Position numbers and translations under genes: made by a program. The notes under the pieces are model-generated. The model saw only the letters and a program-made list of their open reading frames with translations. It was not told the origin of the DNA and ran no database searches. Source: Candidatus Xenobia bacterium (GTDB lineage: Bacteria; Vulcanimicrobiota; Xenobia; Xenobiales; QWHO01). Taken from it: a DNA stretch of 64,000 bases. This document shows, in pieces, positions 1-10,500 of the stretch. Location of the stretch: the NCBI GenBank assembly GCA_045863235.1, contig BTUM01000029.1, forward strand, positions 1 to 64,000, given 5' to 3'. Positions within the stretch are counted from its first letter, which is position 1, and each line of letters starts with the position of its first letter.

Positions 1-99
1 CCGGGGCTGCGCCACCGAGTGGGGCGCGCATGCGCACCCGACTTGCCCGCGCAAGCCAGCAACCTGCCCTGCCCAACCCAGCACAGCCCTTGCGCCACC

Positions 100-960
100 T
101 CAGGCGGCCAGCTCGACCCCGGCCGCGGCGGCCAGCTTTTCCAGGAAGCGCTGCTTGAAATTGCGAGCGCAGACGTCGTCCTCCGTCAACCGCACACGGG
201 GCAACCCGATGGCGATCTGGCGCTTGCGATCATACTCCGAGTCGTGCAGGGGGCCGTCGATCTCGACGTTCAACCACACCAGGCGGTCTCCGACTCGCAG
301 GCATGCCAGCAGGTCCATTCGATAAGGCTGGCCGGGCGTACGTACCCGCACCTGGGGGAACAGCGCGCACAGGAAGGGTTGCTCGAAGGCCAGCACAGGC
401 CACAGCCGGTCGCCCACCACGTCCCCCGAGGGCTCCTCGATGACCGGCAGCCGCCGCCACCCCAGCCTGGCCAGGCTGACGTAGGAGATGACCGCGAACT
501 CCAGGATGCGCAGCCAGGCCATCATCTCCAGGCCTGAGCCACAGCAGGCGAAATGCAGCAGCTCGGTGAGCGCCGCTCGCCCGTGCAGGGCCACCACCCT
601 GGGGAAATGGAGGCCGTAAAGCAGCGGGTAGGCTTTGCGGGCGGCCAGCAGGCGCACCCAGCTGTCGCGCTCGCGATCAAGACGATAGCGGCGGGGATGC
701 GGGGTGAATCGCTCCCACAGGGCGCTCAGCTTCCAGGCTGGCCAGCCCCCCTTTCCAGGCGGGGGAATCGGGGCCTCGATGGCGATTCCCAGCGCTGCAG
801 CCAGGCGGGCGACGTGATCGGCGGGCGGCATGCGGGTTCCCAGCTCGTAGTGCGCGATCTGAGAGCGAGGCACCCGGGCAGTCCGAGCCAGCTCGGACTG
901 GGTCCAGCCTCGCAGTTTGCGCTCCTTGCGCAGATGACGGTGAAAGGGCGTTCTGTCCAT
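100..960 (-). CDS. XRE-family helix-turn-helix protein fused to a DUF559/Vsr-like endonuclease domain
   Basis: N-terminal LRKERKLRGWTQSELARTARVPRSQIAHYELGTRMP is a classic HTH_3. C-terminal PYRMDLL...VEIDGPLHDSEYDRKRQ...GLPRVRL resembles DUF559. Confidence 0.8.
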   Translation of the reverse strand: MDRTPFHRHLRKERKLRGWTQSELARTARVPRSQIAHYELGTRMPPADHVARLAAALGIAIEAPIPPPGKGGWPAWKLSALWERFTPHPRRYRLDRERDSWVRLLAARKAYPLLYGLHFPRVVALHGRAALTELLHFACCGSGLEMMAWLRILEFAVISYVSLARLGWRRLPVIEEPSGDVVGDRLWPVLAFEQPFLCALFPQVRVRTPGQPYRMDLLACLRVGDRLVWLNVEIDGPLHDSEYDRKRQIAIGLPRVRLTEDDVCARNFKQRFLEKLAAAAGVELAA

Positions 961-1078
961 GCCTTCATGGTGGCAGGCAGAAGTGAACGCGATGCTGCCG
1001 ACTTCTTGCCAGGAGCTTGCCGCGAAGTTGCCGTTCTTTGAACGGGGGATCGGACCGGCCTCCCCGAAGGAGCATCCC

Positions 1079-2713
1079 GTGGGGGGACTCTTCCGGAAAA
1101 AGCCAGGCCTGCAGCTCTTTCAGCGCATCGGCACGGTCCATGCCAGCATCCTGCGCCCGCGCTATGAGCACCCCGACCTCGAGTTCTATCTGACCCTCGG
1201 CGCGGTCTACGGACGCTTTTTCTACCAGTCGGTCGGCCTGAGCGGGGGCACCGGGAAGGAGGCGGCCGCCTTCATGGAGGCCATCACGCCGGCGCTGGCG
1301 CGCTGGAATGCGCGCTCGCTGCCTGCCCTTTCCGAATTGTATCGGGGCATCGAGCCGATTCTCCCGCTGGTGGGCTTCTCCCCTTACCTGCTGCGCACCC
1401 GGGTGGGGGGCTGGATGCTTGCGGGCATGGGCAACCCGGAGCCCCCCCGCGACCTCTGCCTGGCCCTTGGAGGACCGATGCTCCAGCTGGGCATCGACAT
1501 CCTGGCCAAACGGGTCGACAGCGCCACCTCGGATGCCGACCTGCGAGAGCGTCTGGCCATGGTGCTGGACAGCATGCTGGCCGAGCTCGCCGAGGAGGAA
1601 TCGGGTGGTTGTGTGGTTTTCATCGAGAGCAAGGAGAGCGGGCCCCAAATGCTGGAGGTGGCAGAGCGCAAGACGGCTCTGGCCGACGTCCACGGCACGA
1701 CCTTCGTTTTCACCGCCGAGGAGGACTCGGTGCGGGTGGTCATCGCCGGGGCGCCCCAGCCAGGGAGCCACCCGGTGACCAGCGCAGAATGGCTGAGGAA
1801 GTCCCGGGTGCTACTCAGCGCCAACCAGGGCGAGCTGATCATCGAGGAGCGCGAGGGTGACCGGGTCCGAGGAAGCTTTCAGGCCTCCGGGCCGGAGGGA
1901 ACGCTGGAGTGCGCCGACTTCGAGGTCGAGGTGCAGGACTCTGCCGAGAGCATCACCGACCAGGACCTGCGGGTGCTGGAGGCGACCAGTTCGGGCGACC
2001 TGGCCCGGCTCGAGCAGGCGCTGTCCGAGGGAGCGCCGGTCAACGCCCGCTCGGCCAAGGGCCGGACCGCGCTGGGCTACGCTGCCTACGCCAACCGTCC
2101 CGAGTTGATCGACCGCCTGCTCCAGGCGGGAGCCGACCCCAACCTGGGAGATCTGTGGGGCCTGACCCCGCTCATGGTGGCGGCGACCGAGGGGCACAGC
2201 CAGGTTGTCGGTCGACTGCTGGCGGCCGGAGCCTCGCCCGACCTGCAAACCTCGCGCGGGATGACCGCCCTGATGCTCGCCGCCATGCAGGGCCATGAAG
2301 AGCTCGTAGACGTTCTGCTTCGGGCCGGGGCCAATCCCAACTTGCAGGATAGCGGGGGGATCGCGGCCCTCATGCCGGCCTGTGATCGGGGGCGCATCTC
2401 CCTGGTCCGAAAGCTCCTCGCGGCCGGGGCCGATCCCAATCTGCGCGACCAGGGCCAGGGCACCGCCCTGCTAGGGGCCGCTTTCAGCGGCAACCTGGAG
2501 ATTTTGGAGGCGCTCCTGCAGGCCGGCGCCCGCCACGATCTGGCCGACGGCGAGGGCTTCACCGCCCTGATGAGCGCCGCCCGGGCCGGCCACCCCGCGC
2601 TGGTGGCCCGCCTGCTCGAGGCGGGAGCTGCGCCGCAGACTCGCGATCAGGCGGGCAAGACGGCGCTGGACCACGCCACCAACCCGGAGGTTCGCCGTCA
2701 GCTGGCGCGGTAG
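1079..2713 (+). CDS. Ankyrin-repeat protein with an unknown N-terminal domain
   Basis: About seven G-x-T-[AP]-L-x-x-A-A...LL-x-AGA-x-P-[ND] repeats in the C-terminal half. Start placed at GTG 1079 after AAGGAG; the ORF track starts at 959. Confidence 0.85.
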   Translation: MGGLFRKKPGLQLFQRIGTVHASILRPRYEHPDLEFYLTLGAVYGRFFYQSVGLSGGTGKEAAAFMEAITPALARWNARSLPALSELYRGIEPILPLVGFSPYLLRTRVGGWMLAGMGNPEPPRDLCLALGGPMLQLGIDILAKRVDSATSDADLRERLAMVLDSMLAELAEEESGGCVVFIESKESGPQMLEVAERKTALADVHGTTFVFTAEEDSVRVVIAGAPQPGSHPVTSAEWLRKSRVLLSANQGELIIEEREGDRVRGSFQASGPEGTLECADFEVEVQDSAESITDQDLRVLEATSSGDLARLEQALSEGAPVNARSAKGRTALGYAAYANRPELIDRLLQAGADPNLGDLWGLTPLMVAATEGHSQVVGRLLAAGASPDLQTSRGMTALMLAAMQGHEELVDVLLRAGANPNLQDSGGIAALMPACDRGRISLVRKLLAAGADPNLRDQGQGTALLGAAFSGNLEILEALLQAGARHDLADGEGFTALMSAARAGHPALVARLLEAGAAPQTRDQAGKTALDHATNPEVRRQLAR

Positions 2714-4488
2714 CGCCGGATGAAGACGCCCGGCAGGCGGATGCCCTCGGAGGTCTCGCTCAGGTTGCCCCCCGGCTCGGTGGCGGGGTCCTTGCGGGGC
2801 TCCTGAACCAGGTTGCCAACCTGCTGGGGATAAAGGTGCAGCACGCCTCCGCCCTCGGTCGTGGCCACCACCGAGCGGCCGTCCTGGCCGGGCTGGATGG
2901 CAGAAATGGTGTCCTCGAGCTCGTAGCTCTCCGAAGAGCTGATGCGCTTGGGGTCCCACCACCACAGGCGGGTGTCGTGCTCGCCGGCGGCGGCCACCAC
3001 GGGGCGGCCCTCGGCCATCAGGGGGAGCACGTGCTTGAAGTCGCCGGTCTGCGAGTGCTTCTGGCCCTCGGGATCGGTGACCTCGACGAAGTGAGGCTCG
3101 TGGCGCGCCCAGCTCGGCAGTCCGCCGTCCTGGCGGAACAGGTCGCTCACGGTGGGCGCCTGCACGGCGGCCGCCACCGCAGCCGGCAGGGCGTCCAGGG
3201 CGGGCAGAGTGAAGTTCAGGCAATAGTCCCCGGTGGTAAAGGGCTTGCCGGGCTCGGCCGCCAGGCGGGCCGGGCCGTCGAGCTTGAGGCGGTGGGTCAG
3301 GGTGAGCATCAGGCGATCCCACTTGCCCGGGCCCTCACCGAAGCTGACGAAGTTGGTGGTGCGGCTGGTGATGCGCTCGTTGGCGGGCACGGTGCCCCGG
3401 GGCAGCGCCTGCAAGAGCTCGCCCAGGCTGCCGAATTTCGAGCCATCCTCCGCCAGCTCCACCCCGGAGGCGCTGAAGATGGCCGTGCGACCGTCGGAAA
3501 GGGCGCTGACCACGGCGTCGCCTTTGGTCTCGAAGATCTGCTTGAGACGGAAGGTCTGCAAGTCGAGCCGGTGGACGCGCGTGTTGAACTGGAGATCCCC
3601 CTCCACCACGAAGGCCGAGCGACCGTCGGTCGACAGCTCCACCTGGCCCAGGATGGCCTCCTCGGGCAGCTTGACGCGCTTCACCAGCTTGCCGTCGGTG
3701 CCGTGAACGGCGATCGCAAAGCAACCGGGAGAGCGCTCGCTGAGGAGAAAGCGTCCGTCCTTGAGGGGCGAGACCATCTCCACCCCGTTGCTGGTGGGGG
3801 ACTTGGAGGTCTTGCCGGTGGTCAGGTCGTGCAGGCAGAGCCGGCGGCTGTTGGACTGCTCGGCCACGCGCCCGGCCTTGTACTCGCGGCGCGTGGTCTC
3901 GACGTAGACCAGCTTGTTTCCGCTTAAAATCGGGTCATTGACCGCGTGGTCGCTCTGGTGCAACACCTTGCCGGCGCTGTCGCGGACCTCGATGTTGGAG
4001 CCGTCGAAGGCGGCCAGCTGTCCCTGGGGCAGCTCGAGGAAGCGGGCCCGCAGAAGGGCGGTGGGCTGGTTCCAGGAGGGCGTGAGATCGGGGTGCAGCA
4101 TCAAGAGCTGCCCGTGCTCCGACCAGGTAGCCACGTTCAGGGCCAATCGCCCGTCCGAGAGCACCTGCATGCTGGACTGGTGGCTGTGGTTTTCGGGATG
4201 GATGCTGCCCTGCAGCTCGCCGGTCCGGGCCGAGATGGCCTGGATGCCTCCCCAGTCCTGCACCAGGTAGCGGTCGGCCCCGGGTTGGTACTGCACGCTC
4301 TGGATGTAGTCCTCGGCCGGATGGGTGAACTGCTGGTTGCCCTGAGCGTCCACCACGCTGAGAAACTTCGAGCCGCGCTCGGTGAGGGCCAGGTTGTCCT
4401 TGCCGATGGCGGGCTCCCCGGTGTAGGGAAGCTTGGCGTAGGGCTGGTACCCGCCGCCCTCGCGGGGCATGTAGTGAATGGTCGGCAT
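2698..4488 (-). CDS. Beta-propeller-like (WD40-like) hypothetical protein with the shared C-terminal motif
   Basis: 596-aa ORF with beta-rich blades and WD-like segments (TRLWWWD, ISAIQPGQDGRSVVATTEGGGVLHL). Ends in LSETSEGIRLPGVFIRR. No signal peptide. Confidence 0.65.
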   Translation of the reverse strand: MPTIHYMPREGGGYQPYAKLPYTGEPAIGKDNLALTERGSKFLSVVDAQGNQQFTHPAEDYIQSVQYQPGADRYLVQDWGGIQAISARTGELQGSIHPENHSHQSSMQVLSDGRLALNVATWSEHGQLLMLHPDLTPSWNQPTALLRARFLELPQGQLAAFDGSNIEVRDSAGKVLHQSDHAVNDPILSGNKLVYVETTRREYKAGRVAEQSNSRRLCLHDLTTGKTSKSPTSNGVEMVSPLKDGRFLLSERSPGCFAIAVHGTDGKLVKRVKLPEEAILGQVELSTDGRSAFVVEGDLQFNTRVHRLDLQTFRLKQIFETKGDAVVSALSDGRTAIFSASGVELAEDGSKFGSLGELLQALPRGTVPANERITSRTTNFVSFGEGPGKWDRLMLTLTHRLKLDGPARLAAEPGKPFTTGDYCLNFTLPALDALPAAVAAAVQAPTVSDLFRQDGGLPSWARHEPHFVEVTDPEGQKHSQTGDFKHVLPLMAEGRPVVAAAGEHDTRLWWWDPKRISSSESYELEDTISAIQPGQDGRSVVATTEGGGVLHLYPQQVGNLVQEPRKDPATEPGGNLSETSEGIRLPGVFIRRYRAS

Positions 4489-4494
4489 GAAGTC

Positions 4495-4528
4495 AGTCTA
4501 GGCCAGGGAGCTGAAAGGGAGCTGAAGA
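4495..4528 (-). promoter_or_regulatory. Direct-repeat box promoter (TCTTCAG-N4-CTTTCAG-N10-TAGACT-N6-ATG)
   Basis: Read on the minus strand directly upstream of ATG 4488. Same geometry at 13040, 16112 and 36870. Confidence 0.7.
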
Positions 4529-4673
4529 GCAGGAAAAATGATGAAGTTTCAAGAACCTCTCGCCCACTCGGACTGGCCAGAGGCGCTGAGCCCCCTTCTG
4601 AAGGCCTACTCCAATTGACCCTGTGCTTGCCCTTCGGGGATCCTGCATTTCCTTTGTCGAAGAGAGGTGGACC

Positions 4674-5333
4674 ATGCTCGCGAGCGACCAGGAAGCCTTC
4701 TATCCCTATTACGAAGACACGGTGACCGAGTCCGACTCGCACTTTGCCGCCATCACCTACCTGCTGGGCGCACTGCGCCAGCATCTGGCCGATCGGCCCG
4801 CCGACTGGGCTTTCGCCAACATGTTCGTCTACGACCAGCCTGGAAACCGGGCTCGGAAGGTGTCCCCCGACGTATTCGTTGCCTTCGGCTGCGGCCACCA
4901 TACGCGACGGGTCTTCCGCACCTGGGTCGACGGGGGTCCGCCGGTGGCGGTTTTTGAGGTCACGTCACGATCCTCGCGCCGGACCGATCAGACCACCAAG
5001 CGGGTCCGCTATGCCGAGATGGGTGTGGAGGAGTACTTCCTGTTCGACCCTCTGGCAGAGTATCTGCCCGGTCAACTGCGGGTCTATCGCCGCGAGCATC
5101 AAGACCTCGTGCCCGTCGTGACCCGGGGGCGCTACCTCAGCCGGTTGCTCGGGCTCGAGCTGGTGGTGGAGAACGAGCTCTTGCGCCTGGTCGATCCGGT
5201 CAGCGGAATTCTCTACCCGACTCAGGCCGAGTCGTTTTTGGCGAGCAAAGTCGAGCGCCGCCGGGCCGATGCTCTCGAGCAAAAGCTGCGCGAGCTCGGC
5301 GACAACTCAAGAGCCGGCCCTCCGCCCCGGTGA
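4674..5333 (+). CDS. Uma2 (DUF820) family putative endonuclease
   Basis: ESDSH, SPDVFVAFG, PPVAVFEVTSRSSRRTD, KRVRYAEMGVEEYFLFDP. ATG at 4674 after GAGG. Confidence 0.9.
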   Translation: MLASDQEAFYPYYEDTVTESDSHFAAITYLLGALRQHLADRPADWAFANMFVYDQPGNRARKVSPDVFVAFGCGHHTRRVFRTWVDGGPPVAVFEVTSRSSRRTDQTTKRVRYAEMGVEEYFLFDPLAEYLPGQLRVYRREHQDLVPVVTRGRYLSRLLGLELVVENELLRLVDPVSGILYPTQAESFLASKVERRRADALEQKLRELGDNSRAGPPPR

Positions 5334-5373
5334 ACAACTGACCTGTGCTCGGCCCGCGCGGGGAAACCGTGGA

Positions 5374-6090
5374 TTACCCGACCTCTGTGACGCTGCACGA
5401 GCCCTGGCGACTCTGGCCGGGATCCACCCCCACCTCGTGACAGGCGAGGAAGAATTCCAGCTCCAGCAAATGGGCCCCACCCGGATCGCGCACCTGCGAG
5501 GAGCGAACGAAGAACGACCGGGCGCCCTCCGGGTCCTGCTCGTCGAGACAGCGCACGCCTGCCCAAAAGAATGCCTGGCAGGCCCTGCGATTCTCCAGCG
5601 TCTCGTTCTGGAAGGTGCGCTTGGAGACGAAATCTTCTGGCGGGATGGCGCGGAGCAAGAAGCCGGAAATCGGCCCGGGCCAGATCTGCTCGAGCTTGGG
5701 CTTCCAGCGTTTCTTGAGCTTTTGGATCGCCTCCTTGCGCAGAACCTGGTCGTGGAGCTTGAGCGCAGCATAAAACAGGACGGCTGGAACGATCACCCCC
5801 CCGGCTGCATCCGTATAGGGCGTCTTCCAGCCCTCTCGCCAGGTCTCCACGGCTTGCGCGGCTCGACCCTGACACCACAGGCAAAGGCCCGCCATCAGGA
5901 AATCTCCGTCACAGAGCAACCACTTTTGCCGGTCGGACTCGATGCAGCCGAGATAGGTCTGCAGAGCCTCCTCATAGCGCCCGAGACACAGAAGTGCCGT
6001 GCCCAGGTTCCTCCCCTTGCTCCAGTCTGACTCGCGCAGCGCCGCCACGGCCTCCTCGAATCTCCCCGAGGCGATCAGCTCCCAGCTCAC
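5374..6090 (-). CDS. Tetratricopeptide-repeat protein
   Basis: NLGTALLCLGRYEEALQTY and MAGLCLWCQGRAAQAVETW TPR-like helices. Start overlaps the stop of the upstream transporter. Confidence 0.65.
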   Translation of the reverse strand: MSWELIASGRFEEAVAALRESDWSKGRNLGTALLCLGRYEEALQTYLGCIESDRQKWLLCDGDFLMAGLCLWCQGRAAQAVETWREGWKTPYTDAAGGVIVPAVLFYAALKLHDQVLRKEAIQKLKKRWKPKLEQIWPGPISGFLLRAIPPEDFVSKRTFQNETLENRRACQAFFWAGVRCLDEQDPEGARSFFVRSSQVRDPGGAHLLELEFFLACHEVGVDPGQSRQGSCSVTEVG

Positions 6091-7565
6091 CAGCGCAAAA
6101 TCCCCACCGAAGCAAGCGACTGGTAGGCGATCCCCAGCCCCATCGCCACGATCACGCAGTAGGAAGCCAGCGTGACCCGATCCAGCAACCTCTGCCCGGG
6201 GTAGTAGCGCTCCACCACCTTACCGGCGGTCACCAGCACCACCCCGATGGCGATCAGCACCGAGGCCAGGCCCGCTGAAAAGGCCAGCAAAATCAAAAGC
6301 CCCAGCACGATCTTGTTCAGAGCGATGGCGCTCAGCAGCACCACCAGGGCATCCGGGCAGGGCACCATCCCTCCGCTCACGCCCAGCGTGATCAGGCTGT
6401 AGAGGGTCACCTTCTCGGGCACGTGGTGGGTGTGGTAGCGGCCGCCGTGGGAGTGTCCCATGACCAGGGGCGCGTCCTCGGTCTCGACCGCGGCCACCTT
6501 CCAGCCGGGCTGGGTGAGCAGCTGGCCATCGGCCACCACCTGCACGGGGGCGAGGTAGGCCGACTGGTGCCCGCCCCCCCGCTGCTCGCCCTTCACCGCC
6601 TGCTCGCGGCGGCGCAGGCGAAACAGGTAGACGCCCATCACGGCCACCAGCATGCCCGACACGAAGCCGATCCAGGGCAAGAGGGTCTCGGGCAGGATGT
6701 ACTGGGTGGCAAAAAGCGTGACCAGACCCAGCAAGATCACGCTGAAGGTATGGGTGACGGTGACCACCGCCCCCAGCAGGATGGCCTGGGGGATGGTGCC
6801 CCGCGAGCCGATCAGGTAAGCGGCCACCACCGTCTTGCCGTGGCCGGGGCTGAGTGCGTGCAGGGCTCCCAGCACGAAAGCCAGGCCCAGGGCCACCAGC
6901 AGGAAGCTCTCGCCACTGAGCATGTCCACCATGGGGTTGGTAGAAACCCCGGGCGAGGGGCGGTGGGAGGCGGGGAACGCCAACGTAACCCCGCTCTGCG
7001 AGCGCGAGAACTCGATGCTGGCCCGATCCTGCAGCGCCTCGGCGGCGGTCTTGGGCAGATGGGGGCCGTGGTCGACGGCAAAGCCCTGGCCGCGCACCAT
7101 GACCTCCTTCCAGCCCGGCGTCCCGGTGAAGTTGGTGTCCAGGAACTCGAGCCGGTTGCCATGCTCTTGCACCAGGCCGGGGGGCACGTCCACTTCGAAG
7201 CGGTAGTGCACGAGCATGACGTGCAGCTCGCCCGAGGGGCCCTCCTCCACCTTCAGGTCGGCCTCGGCCACCCGCACCGGCAGCTTGCGGCCGTTGAGGG
7301 TGAAAAAGAGCTCGCTCTCATACATCCGGCTGGCCTGGGGCAGATAGGCGGCCTTCTCGGCCTCGCTGAAGACGCCGTCCTTGTCGGCGTCCAGGCGCTG
7401 CACCTGGCTCAGGGCCGAGACCTCGGGCAGGTACAGGTGAGCATCGACCTCGATGCAAGGCTCGGCCAGGGTGATCTGGTAGGTCACGTCCACGGCCAAC
7501 TCGCCGAAAGGATGGGCCAGCGCCGCCGTCGCCAGCAGCGCGAACCAGAGCAGGAAGCGCTTCAC
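6087..7565 (-). CDS. High-affinity nickel/cobalt transporter (NicO/RcnA family) with an exported N-terminal domain
   Basis: Signal peptide ending AHP, LHALSPGHGKT motif, His-rich loop HSHGGRYHTHH, GMVPCPDAL, multiple TM helices. Confidence 0.85.
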   Translation of the reverse strand: MKRFLLWFALLATAALAHPFGELAVDVTYQITLAEPCIEVDAHLYLPEVSALSQVQRLDADKDGVFSEAEKAAYLPQASRMYESELFFTLNGRKLPVRVAEADLKVEEGPSGELHVMLVHYRFEVDVPPGLVQEHGNRLEFLDTNFTGTPGWKEVMVRGQGFAVDHGPHLPKTAAEALQDRASIEFSRSQSGVTLAFPASHRPSPGVSTNPMVDMLSGESFLLVALGLAFVLGALHALSPGHGKTVVAAYLIGSRGTIPQAILLGAVVTVTHTFSVILLGLVTLFATQYILPETLLPWIGFVSGMLVAVMGVYLFRLRRREQAVKGEQRGGGHQSAYLAPVQVVADGQLLTQPGWKVAAVETEDAPLVMGHSHGGRYHTHHVPEKVTLYSLITLGVSGGMVPCPDALVVLLSAIALNKIVLGLLILLAFSAGLASVLIAIGVVLVTAGKVVERYYPGQRLLDRVTLASYCVIVAMGLGIAYQSLASVGILRW

Positions 7566-10500
7566 GACGTGGGGGCGCGCCGCTTCTTGACCATGACCCC
7601 GCTGAACACGACCCGGTCGGCCTCATCGCGCAGGATGGCCGCGCCCGTGTCGGGGCGGATCTCAAGCTTGGCCACCTCGGCGATGTTGTCCAGGCGCTTT
7701 TGCAGCTCCTCGGGAGTCACGCCCTTGGCCTGCTCGGCGGCGTAGATGTTGCTGACCAGGTCGGCCGCCTGGGCGCTGGTCTGGCCCAGCTCGATCAGCT
7801 TGCGATAGATCTCGGCCAGGGTGGGCAGCTGGCCCGAGGAGACGTCGGGCAGGGTGACCAGCATCCCCCAGGTTCGCCGCATCAGGCTGCGGCCGTCCGT
7901 GGAGCTGACCTGGCAGAGCTGCTCGAAGGCCTTGCGACGGTCCTCCAGGCTGGTGGGGCCGACCGGCTGCTTGAGGGCCTCGAGCAGCCCCAGCGCCTCG
8001 CGGGGAGCCACCCCCGAAGCACGGAACTGGGGATACATGTCCAGCGCCTCGGAGGGCAGGTCTTTGAGGCTCAGGTGAGCCGTCTGGCAGACCTCGACGG
8101 ACTCGTGGTGGCGCAGGAGGTCCTCGAAGACGCCGCTCCAGCGCAGCATATCCTTGGGGGGGTCAAGCAGCAATTCGAGCACGGGCTTTGACTCCGTGAG
8201 ACCCCAGCCTGTGAGGCCGAGATTGCGGGTGACCAGCTGGCGCACCTCAGCATTCGGCAGGCCGGCCTGCTCGCCGGCGTAGAGCAGCTTCTGGTGCACC
8301 TGGGGCAGCCAGGTCAGGCGGTAGATGCTGGCCTGCTGGAAGGAGCCGACCTCTTGCAGCGCCTCGATGCGCTTCCTGTAGTCGCCGCCGGTGGCCTCCA
8401 GGTCGCCGAGCAGGGGGGCCGCGTGGGCGGGGTAGAGCTCGAGCAGCCGGGCGAAGGCCTGCACGGCCTCGGTACGACCGGCCAGTTTCTGGTTGTAGAG
8501 GGCCAGGGCCGGCTCGCCTGGCAGCTTGCGATCGGCCAGCGTTTTCGCCAGCAGCTCCAGCTCGTCTGGCTGGCCGTGCTGGTCCAGCGCAGCCGTGAAG
8601 CCCCGGGCCAGGTCAGAGCTCAGGGAGTCGCCATACCCGCCCAGCTGGCCAACCAGCCGGCTGTGGGCCGCCAGATGGTCGGCCGGAGCATTCTGCACGG
8701 TGGCCAGGGCCACTCCGGGAGGCACCGCCGCGCCCACCATGGCGGCAAAGTGCTTTCGTTGCTCAGGCTTGCCCAGAAGCTCGTTGGACCAGGCTCGGGC
8801 GGCCGTGCAGGCATGGCGCTCGCTCAGCCCTCCGGTCAGGCTCTTGAGCTCAGCCGCCGCCCGGTCGATCCGGGCGCCTTGCTCGACCTCCTTACGCAGG
8901 GCCTCGAGCACGGCCGCATTGCGGCCATACTCGTAAGCCAGCTCCAACGTCTCGAAGGCTTGCTTGCGCTCGGAGAAGCTGGTGCGGCCCAGGTCGCGGT
9001 GCAGCTCCCTGGAGGTGGCCACAGCCTGATCCGGCTCCCACTGCCCGGTGATCAGCGAGGCCAGGAAGGCGCGCTCGTCGGGATGAGCCCCGAGCTCGGC
9101 GAGCTGGGCGAAGACCGGCCGGAGAACTTCCCGATTCCAGTTCTGCGTCTTCCACACGCCGGTCAGCTGCTGCTTGACCTCGGCCAGCCGGGCCCCGTTC
9201 TGCAGCGGAGCGGCCAGGGCTCGATAGAACGAGGCCGCAAAATCGTGGTTCTTGCCCGGATCTCCCTGATAGTAGCGGCTCAACCCGCCCACCTCGACAA
9301 AGGCTTCGTAGCGCTCGGTGAGGGTGGTGGAGCCGGCCGGCTCCTGCATCAGCTCCAGCAAACAGATGGCCGCCTCGGGAGACTGCTGCTCTTGGATCAG
9401 GCGGGCAAAGATCTCGCTGGCCTCCACCTTGCCGGCCAGCTTCTCGCCCCAGTAGCCGGCCGCTCTGGCGGCCACGTCGCCCCTGAGCTGGCGCGCTCCG
9501 ACCGCGTCGGCCACCCGGGCCAGGGTCAGCCCGGCGGTATGGCTCGAGACTCCGCCCGACAGGGCCTTCTCCTGAGCCTCCTGGAAGGCGGCCGCCACCC
9601 GATCATCGAGCAAGTGGCCCGCTTTGCCCAGCCCCTTCAGCCCCTGCAGGCGGCCCAGGTCGCCGCTGGAGCGGGCCCGCTCCAGGGCAGCCACGGCCAC
9701 GCTCGGCTTCACACCGGCCTGCAGCTGTTCGAGCAGGGCGGTGAACTCGGGCCGGGGGCCGGCCAGATGCTCGGCCACGTGGTCGAAGGCTTTGCAGACC
9801 TCGGCCTCGGCCCATTGCCCCACCGCCTTCTGCAGGCTCTGGAGCTTGGCCACCGCCGCCTGGCTGGTCTGGCCCGCTCCCACTTCGGAGCGGTAGGCCT
9901 GGAACTGGCTCTCGCGCACCGGCAGGCTCAGGGAGGCGAGCTCAAGCTCGTGGAAGGCCTGGATGCGCTGCTCGACGCGCGTATTGCCGGCCGGCTCGGC
10001 CACCAGGTTGGAGGCGTGCACGGCCGAGCCGACCTCGTAGCGCTGGCCCAGCAGGCCCAGATACAACTCCCGTCGGGGGCTCTTGCCCAACCCGGCCAGG
10101 TGCTCGAGAGCCTGACCGGCGTCCTGACCGTGGTAGCCGTGGTAGAGCCCGTTCCACAGGCTGGTGAGGGCGGCGGTGGCCTCCTTGACGGTGGCCCCGC
10201 TCGCAAGCTGGGCCCGCAGGGCCTCGGCGTGCTTCACGGCCAGCTCGACCTTCTGGCCGGGACCCTGGTAGTTCGAGTTCAGCCCCCCCGAGCCCAGGAA
10301 GGCCTCCAGTCGCTCGGTCAGCGTGCTGGAGCCGGCCGGCACGGCCAGGGCCCGGTACAGCTCAACGGTCTGAGGAGCGGTGAACCGGCTCTGCTCGTGC
10401 AGACGCGAGAGCACCTCCACCTCTTCGCGCTTGCCGTTCAGCTCCGCACGGAACAGCTCGGCCAGTGGCGCTGCCACGACGGGGCGCTGCCCGAAAGCCT

